Positions 24,991-37,046 of a stretch of 64,000 bases of DNA are shown here, piece by piece; within the stretch, counting starts at the first letter, position 1; each line of letters starts with the position of its first letter. Made by a program: the position numbers and the translations under genes. The notes beneath the pieces are model-generated. The model saw only the letters and a list, made by a program, of their open reading frames with translations, was not told the origin of the DNA and ran no database searches. Source of the DNA: Mustelus asterias (taxonomy: Eukaryota); NCBI RefSeq assembly GCF_964213995.1, contig NC_135824.1:52514001-52578000 (forward strand). Direction: 5' to 3'.

Positions 24991-25760
24991 TGTGGCCAAA
25001 CGGGCCACCTAAGATGGCGATATACAGAGCATGCTGGGATAGTTGGCCAAGTGCAGAAAAAGACAGGCTGCAGTTTGAAGGACAGAGATAAGTAGGCTGC
25101 ATCTCCAGACTACCAAATAAACCAGACATAGGCCAGCTCAAAGACAATGGACACGTTCTGGTCAAACAGAGTTGTTTACCAGACACAGGGGCACCTTAAC
25201 CCCTTACTTGGGAGGGAGGTACATGACCTAAGTGCCTCCAGCACCTACAGGCATGGCCGTTGGTTGCACACCCAGAGATCGGAGTGGCAGCAATCAAGCC
25301 CTGATCGATTGATTGGCAATAATCAAGAGACCGCCCAAAAGGGCTAGAAACCAATGAGGGATAAAAGGTGCTGCACAACGGAAGGAACTCTGTCTCTCTC
25401 TCTCACACATGAACGACAACAGCGGTGACCACCACCAGCAACGACCTGCATGAGGAGAGCCACCACACCACTGATGGAAGGAAGACCAGAGCCAGAGAAT
25501 CAGACCAGACTGAAGGACCAGACTACACCGAGGAATATGGAGACCAGCACACGGGTCAAAAGCCATTATCTGCCTGGATACTTGCCAGTCACGCAAAAGT
25601 TAAGTTCAAGGTCTAGAATTGAACTTCTACTTTAGTATTCCGTAGCTAACTTCTATTGATTGTGTGGGTGAATAAATATCTCTGTACTGACAAGAAGTCA
25701 ACTCGCAGTTCTTTGTCCGCCTTATAAGTGTTAAAAACAGACTGCACAGCAGGTACAACA
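24991..25760 (+). mobile_element. Solo LTR, 770 bp (TGT...ACA)
   Basis: Splits the Rex1-like tail. Imperfect 4-bp TSD (ACTG/ATTG); CCAAT at about 25351, GATAAAA at about 25360, AATAAA at 25671. Confidence 0.7.
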
Positions 25761-26339
25761 ATTGTATCCCGATACATATGACAATAATAAATCAAATCAA
25801 ACCTGGGTGAGGAGAGAGGACTGGCTCTTTGGGCGGAATTTTCCCGTCCCTCCCGCCACGGGAATCGTAGCGGGTGGGACAGGATCATGCAAAGGTCCGT
25901 TGACCTTGGGCGGGATTTTCCAGCTTCGGGTGAACACAGCCAGAAAATCGTGCCCCATGTCTTTACTCAGCCTCTGATGGTAGCAACTCGGTTCAATTTA
26001 ACAAGATTCCCTTCTGTTTTCCAGACCCAAGAAATGTGCTTTAAAGAAAAGGAGGAAATTCAACCAGACCTCCTTGAGTTTAGACAGAATAGGTTAAGCA
26101 ACTATTACAAAAAGGTGCAAGGAAAAATGTCAATCCACATGCATCTATATTAATACAGATTAAAAATCAATTTAAACAAAAAGTTATATATAAGTCCAGA
26201 TGGTGATGAGGTGTGGCCCATGCGATTCTCCCCAGTAATTTTGGCTTCTGCTGATGAATAGTTGATGCTGTGGTTCAGGTGTCTTGTAGTCAGTCGAGAA
26301 ATTTTAGTTTATTTTTAAGTTTATTGATTCGTGTCACAA

Positions 26340-26815
26340 GCAAAGAACAAAGAACAAAGAAAATTACAGCACAGGAACAGGCCCTTCAACCCTCCAAGCC
26401 TGCACCGAACATGCTGCCCAGCTTAACTAAAACCCCCTACACTTCCAGGGATCATATCCCTCCATTCTCATCCTATACATGTATTTGTCACGACGCCACT
26501 TAAAAGTCACTATCGTATTTGCTTCCACTACCTCCCCCGGCAATGAGTTCCAGGCACCCACCACCCTCTGTGCAAAAAAGCTGCCTCGTAGGTCTCCTTT
26601 AAACCTTGCCCCTCGCACCTTAAACCCAAGCCCCCTGGTAATTGATTCTTCCACCCTGGGAAAAAATTTCTGACTATCCATTCCTCTCATAATCTTGTAG
26701 ACTTCTATCAGGTCGCCCCTCAACCTCTGTCATTCCCGTGAGAACAAATTAAGTTTCTCCAACCTCTCCTCATATCTATTGTTCTCCATACCAGGCAACA
26801 TCCTGGTAAATCTAA
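26340..26815 (-). mobile_element. CR1 LINE 3' fragment
   Basis: MRGDLIEVYKIM...FAQRVVGAWNSLP on the - strand. Confidence 0.85.
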
Positions 26816-26819
26816 TGCA

Positions 26820-27097
26820 AGTAGGTTTACATTAACACTGTAATGAAGTTACTGTGGAAATCCCCTCATTGCCACACTCCGGCATCTGTTCGGGCACACT
26901 GAGGGGAAATTTAGCATGGCCAATGCACCTAAGCAGCACGTCTTTCGAACTGTGGGAGGAAACCGGAGCACCCGGAGGAAACCCACGCAGACACAGGGAG
27001 GACATGCAGACACTGCACAGGCAGTGACCCAAGCCGGGAATCAAACGCAGGTCCCTGGCGCTGTGAGGCAGCAGTGCTAACCACTGTGCCACCGTGC
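26820..27097 (-). mobile_element. HE1-related SINE
   Basis: Reverse-complement SINE head and core. Confidence 0.8.
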
Positions 27098-27789
27098 TTT
27101 TAAAAGTCCAAAACTAAAAGCATTGAAAATACCTGGGAGGAGGGAGCTCTGAGATGATGCTCATGTTGCTACAGCTTTGACGGTGAGCCAAGGGAACGAA
27201 TATCTAACATTTATATCTCTGCTTTTGTGGGATCTTGCTGTGTGCAAATTGGTTTCAGCCCGGAGGTATTGATAAGTGAGAAGCAAGTTCTGTCATTATA
27301 AGGAATGTCTTCTCTCTGCTTTTTACCAGAGCAAGACATTGCTGTTTCTCAATCACTGTGAACACCCACATCTTGGCTTCATGGAGAGTGTTCTTTACAC
27401 AGGAATGCTCTCATTTTACCTGTCAAATTCATCCACTGGCTGGTTGCAATTTCTTCTGGCCGCACAAACGGAACTGGGGATCGGCACACTGAATAACTTC
27501 TGCAATCTTTTGGTCAATTGAGGCGATCCACATGTCACCAAAAAAACCAGAATAACCTGCAAAACAATATTTGTGATTTCCGAGGAAAGTGTCCAGAAAC
27601 AGGCCATTCGTCCCAGCATTCCATGGCTGTGTCAGTTTCACAACTAGCTCCTACAATTCCTCTTCATCTAACCCAAACAGCATAATTTACCATTCCTTTC
27701 TCCCTCATGTAATTACCGAGTTTCCACTTAAGCCCAAAAATACTATTCACATCAACCATTCCCTATGCTAGAGAGATTCACAATCTCAC

Positions 27790-28840
27790 AATCAAATACT
27801 CCCAGTACAGGTACAGCACGGGGTTCGATACAGAGAAAACCTCCCTCTACACTGTCCCCCATCAAACACTCCCAGGCCAGATTCAGCACTGGGTTAGATA
27901 CAGAGTAAAGCTCCCTCTACACTGTCCCCCATCAAACATTCCCAGGCCAGATACAGCACGGGGCTAGATACAGAGTAAAGCTCCCTCTACACTGTCCCTA
28001 TCAAACACTTCCAGGACAGGTACAGCACGCAGTTAGATATAAAGTAAACCTCCCTCTATACTGTCCCCATCAAACACCCCCAGGGCAGGTACAGCACAGG
28101 GTTAGATGTAGAGTAAAGCTCCCTCTACACTGTCCCCATCAAGCACTCCGAGGGCAGGTACAGCACAGGGTTAGATATAGAGTAAAGCTGACTCTACACT
28201 GTCGCCATCAACTACTCTCAGGACAGGTACAGCACGGGGTTAGATATAGATTAAATCTCCCTCTACACTGTCCCCATCAAACACTCCCAGGACAGGTACA
28301 GCACGGGGTTAGATATAGATTAAATCTCCCTCTACACTGTCCCCATTAAACAATCCCAGGACAGGTACAGCATGGGGTTAGATGCAGAGTAAAGCTCCCT
28401 CGACACTGTCCCCATCAAACACTCCCAGGGCAGGTACAGCATGGGGTTAGATGCAGAGTAAAGCTCCCTCGACACTGTCCCCATCAAACACTCCCAGGAC
28501 AGGTGCAGCATGGGGTTAGATACAGAGTAAAGCTCCCTCTGCACTGTCCCCCATCAAACACTCCCAGGACAGGTACAGCATGGGGTTAGATGCAGAGTAA
28601 AGCTCCCTCTACACTGTCCCCATCAAACACTCCCAGGACAGGTACAGCATGGGGTTAGATACAGAGAAAAGCTCCCTCTACACTGTCCCCATCAAACACT
28701 CCCAGGACAGGTACAGCATGGGGTTAGATACAGAGTAAAGCTCCCTCTGCACTGTCCCCATCAAACACTCCCAGGACAGGTACAGCATGGGGTTAGATAC
28801 AGAGTAAAGCTCCCTCTACACTCTCCTCACCAGGACAGGT
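27790..28840 (-). repeat. 69-70 bp minisatellite, about 15 copies, opposite orientation to 4728-5720
   Basis: Reverse complement of the same unit. Confidence 0.96.
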
Positions 28841-29129
28841 ATTCACATTTCCTTTTACCTTCTTTGTATTGGCAACTTATCTGTTATGAATTATGCCCAG
28901 TTTTTGAGCGTTACTTCATTTGCTATTACCCGCACCCCTCCAGCACTTTCCTGAGGTCTTCTGTTGATCACTTACCTTCGAGAACCGGGAGTGTCATAAT
29001 GAGGGGATTCCATGACATCGAGTTTCCTTCGAGAAATTGGTATTTGTCTCATCATGGCTCTGTCTATTTCATTCTGATGCTGGGGTTGTTGCAACCCATA
29101 TTTGTTCAGCAAATGCAAATAGGTTTCCA

Positions 29130-30058
29130 ATCATCAATGATTTGGCTGAGGGAACAAAATGTAACGTCTCAAAGTTTTTAGATGATGCCAAGTTGGGTGT
29201 GAGCGTGAACTGTGACGAGGATACAGAGATCCTTCAGCATGATCTGGACAGGTTGGATGAGTGGGCAAATCAGTGGAAGATGCAGTATATTTTGGATAAA
29301 TGCAAGGTTATTCACTTTGGAAGCAAAAACAAGAAAGCAGATTACTTTCTGAATGACTAAATTGGGAGAGGGGAGTGCGCAGTGGGATCTGGGTTTCGCT
29401 GAAGGTAAGCATGCAGGTGCAGCAGGCGGTAAAGAAGGCAAATGGTATGTTGGCCTTCATTGTGAGAGATTTCGACTACAGGAGCTGTGTTATTGCAATT
29501 ATAGAGGGCCTTGCTGAGGCTACATCCAGAATATTGTGTGCACATTTGGTCTCCTTTTCTGAGGGAGTGCAGTGAAGATTTACCAGGCTGATTTCGGGCA
29601 TGGCGGGACTGATGTATGAAGAGCGATTGACTAAGTTAGGATTATTTTTGCTGGTGATCAGACGAATGAGGGGGGATCTCATAGAGACTTATAGAATTCC
29701 AACAGGACTAGACGGTAGATGCAGGGAGGATGTTCCCGATAATGGGGCAGTCCAGAGCCAAGTGTCACAGTCTGAGGATTCGGGATAGAGCATTTAGGAC
29801 GGAGGTGAGGAGGCATTTCTTCACCCAAAGAGTGATGAGCCTGTGGAATTCATTACCACAGGAAGTAGTTGATGCCAAAACATTAAATGTATTAAAGAGG
29901 TGGCTGGATATAGCACTTGGGGCGAGTGGCATCAAAGGTTATGGGGAGAAAGCAGAATTAGGCCATTGAGTTGGACAATCAGCCATGATCGTGATGAATG
30001 GTGGAGTAGGATCAAAGGGCCAAATCGCCTCCTCCTGCCTATCTTCTATATTTCTATC
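29130..30058 (+). mobile_element. Degraded CR1 LINE fragment
   Basis: SKFLDDAKL (FADD-like) motif, RT C-terminal motifs and tail. Confidence 0.82.
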
Positions 30059-30687
30059 ATCCCATTGGGAGCGCATTCAAATTCTTGCCGTTATCCAAGG
30101 TGGGAGATGTTTGAAGAATCTGTTGTATTTGGGTGGTGCTGGTGGGCTTGGTTTCATTGGCTAACTTACTTGCAACTGAAGATATCTGGAAAGTGTCACT
30201 GCACAGAATGAACAGGAACCAAAGCCGCTCAGCTGTCAGTCCTCCACAATTGGTTGTCTAAGTTATTTAAGCACAAGTCTGATTAATGATCTGCCAATGC
30301 TTATCAGTGTGCAAATTTACTCACCACGTTGTAAAGCTCTGCACATCCCAACTGTTAACGACAACTCCCTAATTCACTGAGGTAATATTACAGCGGGCAC
30401 ATATGTAGGGTGTTGCATTTTGTCTACTTTGGGACAAAATGTGATGCACCACATGGTTAAATATTCTGCCACAAATTGCATTGCTGACATACAAGTAAAC
30501 AAGAAGGACTGCTATGACTCATAGGCTGTTTACCCCAGTCCAACGCCGGCATCTCCACATCATAGGCTGATAAAAGCCATCTGGTTAAACAGTGCACCAG
30601 GAGCTGTCAGCACTTTAAGCACTTGTACAGCAGTGAGAGTCAGCACCTTCAGGAATTGTCCCCAGTGAGAGGAAATGTTCCCCCTTA

Positions 30688-31200
30688 GAACAAAGAACAT
30701 AGAACAGTACAGCACAGAACAGGCCCTTCGGCCCACGATGTTGTGCCGAGCTTTGTCTGAAACCCAGATCAAGCTATTTCCTCCCTATCATCCCGAAGTA
30801 CTCCATGTGCCTATCCAATAGCTTCTTAAATGTTCCTAAAGTTTCTGACTCCATTATCCCTGCAGGCAGTCCATTCCACACCCCAACCACTCTCCGAGTA
30901 AAAAACCTACCTCGGACATCCTTCCTATATCTCCCACCATGAACCCTATAGTTATGCCCCCTAGTTACCGCTCCATTCACCCGAGGAAATAGTCTTTGAA
31001 CGTTCACTCTATCTATCCCCCTCATCATCTTATAAACCTCTATCAAGTCTCCTCTCAACCTCCTTCGCTCCAAAGAGAAAAGCCCAAGTTCCCTCAACAT
31101 TTCCTCATAAACCTACCCTCCAAACCAGGCAGCATCCTGGTAAATCTCCTTTGCACTCTTTCCAGTGTCTCCACATCCTTCTTGTAGTTAGGTGACCAGC
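30688..31200 (-). mobile_element. CR1 LINE 3' fragment
   Basis: LGLFSLERRRLRGDLIEVYK on the - strand. Confidence 0.88.
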
Positions 31201-31669
31201 ATCTGATACACTGGGATCCATTATAATCGAAGTGCGCTGGTTGACTGCCCACTCTGACAGTGGAGAGCAACCACCATTCTGAGGATCCAGGCGAATTGGG
31301 GTGTGCCAAGAAAGTGTGCTGGTGCAGCTCTCCTGCTTTGCCAAGGCCCACCACAAAAATACTTTGACACTTCCCATTAGTTGGCCTCTCCAGTTGCAAG
31401 GCCCTCACAGCTGCCAACTGGTACTGACTTAGAAATCAAGGTCTCGTTATTACCATTTAACCCCAATTTCTATCTTAAGAGGGAGGCCATAACGCAAAAA
31501 GGGCGGATGCTTTGGACACCCACAGATACCGCCACCGCCCCCCCGGCCCCGCTGTCAAAACTGAGACACTGCATTACCAGTGTTAACAGGATAGTGAGAA
31601 CACTAAGCTTACATGAGCTTATCACTGCTTCTAACATCAGTAAACAGTGGTTAAAATTAACTCCAATTT

Positions 31670-31815
31670 TAGAGTTAGCACCTTCAAGAACTGTAACCCA
31701 TTGAGAGTCAGTACTTTCAGGAACTTTATCCCAGTGAGAGTCAGTACGTTCAGGAACGTTATCCCAGTGAGAGTCAGCGCCTTCAGGAACTGTATCCCAG
31801 TGAGAGTCAGCACCA
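31670..31815 (+). repeat. Further copies of the 33-bp unit (also 30595-30672)
   Basis: Same unit as 19895-21134. Confidence 0.85.
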
Positions 31816-31839
31816 GTCAATATGATCGCACTCAGGTCT

Positions 31840-33175
31840 TATTAGCTTACTAGAATTTTTTGAAGAAATAACAGAGGATTGATGAGGGTAGTGCAGTGGA
31901 TGTTGCCAACATGGATTTCAGTAAGGCATTTGACAGGGTCCCATGTAGCAGATAGATCAAAAAAATGAGAGCTCATGAGATACAAAGAAGGGTGGTGAAT
32001 TGGAACCAAGTCCGGCTCAGTAACAGGAAACAAAGGCCAATAGATGTTTTTGTGAATAGAAAACAATTTGCAGTGGTGTTCCAGAGTCCATGTTGTGGCC
32101 CTTGTTGTTTGTTGTATATATTAATGACTTAGACTGAAAGTTGGGACATGGGACATGGATCATGCAAAGGTCCATTAACCTGAGGTGGAGCGAACGAGGT
32201 TGGAAATTCCCAGCCATTGTATGTTTACAAGGAGATAGATATAGCACTTGGGAGACATGATTGGAAATTTGTGGATGACACAAAAATAGGCCATGGGGTT
32301 GATAATGGAGAGGATAGCTGTCGACTCCAAAATTACATCAGTGGTTTGGTTCAATGGTAGAGAAGTGGCAAATGGAATTCAATCTGGAAAAGTGTGAGGT
32401 AATGCATTTGTGGAGGGCAAACAAAGCAGGGGAATATTCAATAAGTGGGAAGATAGTGAGAGGGGTGAGGGAGTGTGAGACCTTGGAGTGCAGGTCGACA
32501 GGTCCCTAAAGGTGGCAGGACAGGTGGACAAGCTGGTCAAGAAAGCATATGGAATGGTTTCCTTTATTTGATGAAGTGTAGAATACAAAAGCAGGGATGT
32601 AATGTTCGAACTGTAGAAAACGCTGGTTAGGCCGAGCTGGAATTCTGTGTACAGTTCTGGTCATCATATTACAGGAAGGACACAGTTACTCTAGAGAGAG
32701 TGCAGAGGAGATTCACAAGAATGTTGTCAGGGTTGGAAAATTGCAGCTATGAGGAGAGATTAGGTAGGCTAGGTTACTTTCTTTAGAAAAGATGAGGCTA
32801 AAGGGTGACCTAATTAAGGTGTACAGAATTATGAGGGGCTCAGACAGGGTAGACTGGAAAGATTTGTTTCGCCCTAGCTGAGGGCTCAAATACCAGGGGG
32901 CATTGATTTAAAGTAATTGGTAGAAGGATTATAGGGGACATGAGGAAATACTTTTCCACCTTGCAGATAATGGACACTTGGAATTCACTGCTTAAGTTGA
33001 GGTTGAAGTGCTCAACTTATTTAAAAGTTACCTGGATCTTCCTCTAAAGTGTTGGAACCTGCAAAACCATGGACCAAGTGCTAGGAAATGGGATTAAAAT
33101 GAGTGGCTAGTTTTTTTTTTCTCTTTTTTGGCCAATGCTAACAGGATTTCTGCACCATCATTTTCCTATGTTCCT
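31840..33175 (+). mobile_element. Old degraded CR1 LINE
   Basis: DFSKAFD and KFVDDTK-like motifs with many stop codons. Confidence 0.75.
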
Positions 33176-34980
33176 ATGAGATGTCTTTCAGCACAGAGAC
33201 TGAGGGAGGAAAACAAAGAAGATATCTTGGTGATAACATTTTGTTGGAACTGGAAGAGCAATAGAGAATTAGAGAGCTGAGAGAGGTAGAACAAGGTGAG
33301 ATGCTCAAAGGGTGAAAGGGTGCCAGGGTAGCAGGGGATCAGGCCAAAATATCCTCTGTGTGATAAGGGCAACATTTCTACCAGTATGGGTTTAGCAAGG
33401 CAATTGGTGGAATATGTAACCAAGTATGGAGACCTCATTAAGGGGAAAGATTTCATCATGCCTCAAGCATTCTGTTAAGGCCTTGATGCTGGTGACCATC
33501 ACATTAAGTTGATGGGTGACAAGGGTCTTTTTGACAAGTGAACAGACATTCTCAAAGGAGATGTATAGAGGGAGGTGAGATCTTACCACTGGCAGAGTCC
33601 AGAGAGACAGTTTTTGGACATATGAGTTGGACAGGAAGAAGCTTGACAAGAGGGAGGTGATGGCCTAGTGGTATTATCGCTGGACCATTAATCCAGAAGC
33701 TCAGCTAATGTTCTGGGGACCTGGGTTCAAATCTCAGCAGACTTGTTTGAAACCTTCTCTTTTACTTCAAGCTGATAGAAAATGTGTTGCAGTGTGGATG
33801 GTGGAATCAACTGAACTCTGCCCAGAAACCACGTGATGTGGTTGCAATGGGGAAACAGCGCCAAGGAGAAAATCTATAGAAACTCAAGTGCCGCTTTTCA
33901 CAGCCTGACACAGAGAGAGGCAGCTGATGTTTGCAGACATAGACCTCAGACCGTGGAGACAGCCACAGATGGAGAGCAATGTGCTGCTGGGCGATGAACT
34001 AGAGAAGCTCTTGCTTGCGAGAGGAGGATTGATATTCATTCATGGGACATGGACGTCGCTGGCTGGCCAGCATATACTGTCCATCCCTAGTTGCTCTTGT
34101 TCAGAGGGCAGTTGAGAGTCAACCACATTGCTATGGCTCTGGAGTCACATGTAGGCCAGACCGGGTAAGACGGCAGATTTCCTTCCTGGACAGTAGTGAA
34201 CCAGATGTGTTTTTCCAACAATCGACAATGGTTTCATGGTCATCAGTAGCTTCTTAATTCCAGTTTTTTTAAACGTCAAATTCCACCATCTGCCGTGGCG
34301 AGATTTGAAACCAGGTCCCCAGAACATTCGCTGAGTTTCTGGATTAATAATCGAGTGATAATACCACTAGGCCACATGTTTGTAAGAAAATTATTTTTCA
34401 GTTTGAAGAGACGGGGGTTGTGGAGATTTCAAACACAAGGAGGCAGCAGAGTGAACTTTGTGGCTGGAAATCAGTTTGGGAATTCTCTGAAGACTGTGTG
34501 AGGCCACTTTGGACGAAAACTCACTCTGGAGTGGCAGGGAGAAGGGAAACTCCTGCAAAGTCAAGATCCGTTTGAGATGTAATTGACAAAGTGAAATATG
34601 TGCGGAGAGTGTTGTATAATGTATACATATAGAGGAAAGCCTTTTTGGTTGTGTTAGTTAGAAACATAGAGTGCAGGAAGAGGCCATTCAGCCCATCGAG
34701 TCTACACCGACTCTTAGAAAGACCAACTTGCTGTGACCGTCCCACACCTATCCCAGAAACCCCACACATTTCCCATGGCTAATACTCAACATTTCACACT
34801 AAGGGACAATTTTGCTGACCAATCCATCTATATTAATGGGGTAGTATCCTTTCTGTGGTCTGGCAATTGTGTTATTTACACACTTTATTTCAAATTTCCA
34901 GCCTGGCAGTATTTTGCTTTTTATTAGGCGTATTAGTTGTCTATTGGTGATTCGCCTCCGCTAATTTTAGAAAAAGTCTA

Positions 34981-35625
34981 CTCAAGTGGATAGAGCCGTG
35001 AAGAAGGCCTGTAGTGTCTTAGCGTTTATTAACAGGAAGTTTAAGTTTAAGAGCCGTGGGGTTATGCTGCAACTGTACAGGACCTTGGTGAGACCACATT
35101 TGGAATATTGTGTGCAGTTCTGGTCACCTCACTATAAGAAGGATGTGGAAGCATTGGAAAGAGTGCAGAGGAGATTTACCAGGATGATGCCTGGTTTGGA
35201 GGGTAGGTCTTATGAGGAAAGGTTGAGGGAGCTAGGGCTTTTCTCTTTAGAGCAGAGGAGGATGAGAGGCGACTTGATAGAGGTTTATAAGATGATGAGG
35301 GGGATAGATAGAGTGGACGTTCAGAGACTATTTCCTCAGTTGGATGTAGCTGTTACTAGGGGGCATAACTATAAGGTTCATGGTGGGAGATATAGGAGGG
35401 ATGTCCAAGGTAGGTTCTTTATTCAGAGAGTGGTTGGGGTGTGGAATGGCCTGCCTGCTGTGATAGTGGAGTCGGACACTTTAGGAACTTTCAAACGGTT
35501 ATTGGATAGGCACATGGAGCACACCAGAATGATAGGGAGTGGGATAGCTTGATCTTGGTTTCGGACAAAGCTCGGCACAACATCGAGGGCCGAAGGGCCT
35601 GTACTGTGCTGTACTGTTCTATGTC
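34981..35625 (+). mobile_element. CR1 LINE 3' fragment inserted in the upstream part of V unit 1
   Basis: 188-aa RT C-terminal ORF; its flanks join into the sequence that is contiguous at about 39060-39120. Confidence 0.9.
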
Positions 35626-36491
35626 TCTAAATGTGAAATCCCGTCATATGATTCTTTCTGTCCGTCACTGGGAAATTCATATCCCTCTTTCAATGTTATC
35701 AGTTCCTGCTGGGATTCGAACATTAGATCAGCGCTCCAATTTCGTAATTCGATAGAGAGTCTGGGCAACCTGTATTGGAAGGGGATCAGGAAGAGGCCAT
35801 TCAGCCCCTCCAGACAGCTGTGCCGTTCGATAAGATCCTGACTGGCTCGATTGTGGCCGCAGATCCACTTTCTGCCTCTTGCCCCCAAGCATTGGAAAAA
35901 CCTTGATGCCTCTATTTTTCTCAAATCTAATTGGTGGGGAATATATTCAACGACCCAGTGTGTGAGGAATAAAATTCAGAGATAGAAAACCCGACTTGAG
36001 AGAAGAAATTCCTCTTAATCTCTGACTTAGACACGAGATTACTCTGAGACCATGCTCCCTGGTTCTAAATTCCCCAGCGAGAGTGGAGCTCCCTCCCAGC
36101 ATCGACACTTTCAAACTCCCTCACAACATTACATGTTTCACTCCCATCAGCTTATATTCCTCCAAACACCCGTCGCAAGGATATTCTGCCATTTTCAGGA
36201 CTCTGAAAATCACCCTCAATGTTCTACATTTGAGCAAATGTAAGCCAGGTCGGTGCAGTCTGTCTTCTGGATTTCCCCTCTAAACCCCCGTATTGTTCTG
36301 TGGATCTGAGCTCTGAGCTCTCTACAATTTCCGGCTGCCGCTAGCTCCACCTAAACCAATCAGGGAGGGAGGGGCGGGGCTATCAGTCAGTGGGCGGGGT
36401 TGGACTGTCAATCAAACAGTGAGGAGCATCGCAATTTGAGTGTTTTCTTCCCAGTGAGAAAGATTGTTTAAAGGGGAAGCTGAATTGGAAG

Positions 36492-37007
36492 ATGCATCTT
36501 TTGCTGGCTCTGTTCATCATGTTTCACCGTAAGGAACTTTCCCAACAACAGTTCTTATTCAACATCTAACTTTCCTTTCCACCTGCTGACCTCCCTCTTG
36601 CTTTCTTTATTTCTGTCCCTCTTTCTATTTCACTTCTTTTTCTTCCCCTTTCCTCTCATTCCACCACTCAGAGTGTCCCATTTCCTGATCTCTCTGTCTC
36701 TTCCTCAGATGTGAAGTCTCAGACTATCCTCCAGACTCCCGCCGCCGTTTCCAAATCTCCAGGGGACAGAGTGAGGCTGAACTGCACTGTGGAGGAGAGC
36801 AGCAGTGCTCTCAGCATGTACTGGTACAGACAATACCCGGGGAGGGAGCTACAGCTGATGTTTTTCTCCAACAGCAAAGACCATGTCAGTCCAAATGAGG
36901 CGGTGGACGGTTTCACAGCGAAGCGACCGGATGGCTATGAGTTCAACCTGAATTCCTCCAGCCTGCGGGTGAATCACTCGGCCGTGTATTACTGTGCCTG
37001 GAGTCTT
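36492..37007 (+). CDS. TRBV: TCR beta variable segment V1 (TRBV30-like), intact: leader 36492-36528, V exon 36709-37007
   Basis: MHLLLALFIMFH|HVKSQTILQTP...C...WYRQ...YYCAWSL, GT-AG phase-1 intron, consensus 23-RSS. Confidence 0.9.
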
Positions 37008-37046
37008 CACAGTGACTCAGAGAGATGGAGCAGCTCAACAAAAACC
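37008..37046 (+). promoter_or_regulatory. 23-RSS of V1
   Basis: CACAGTG + 23 nt + ACAAAAACC, perfect consensus. Confidence 0.97.
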
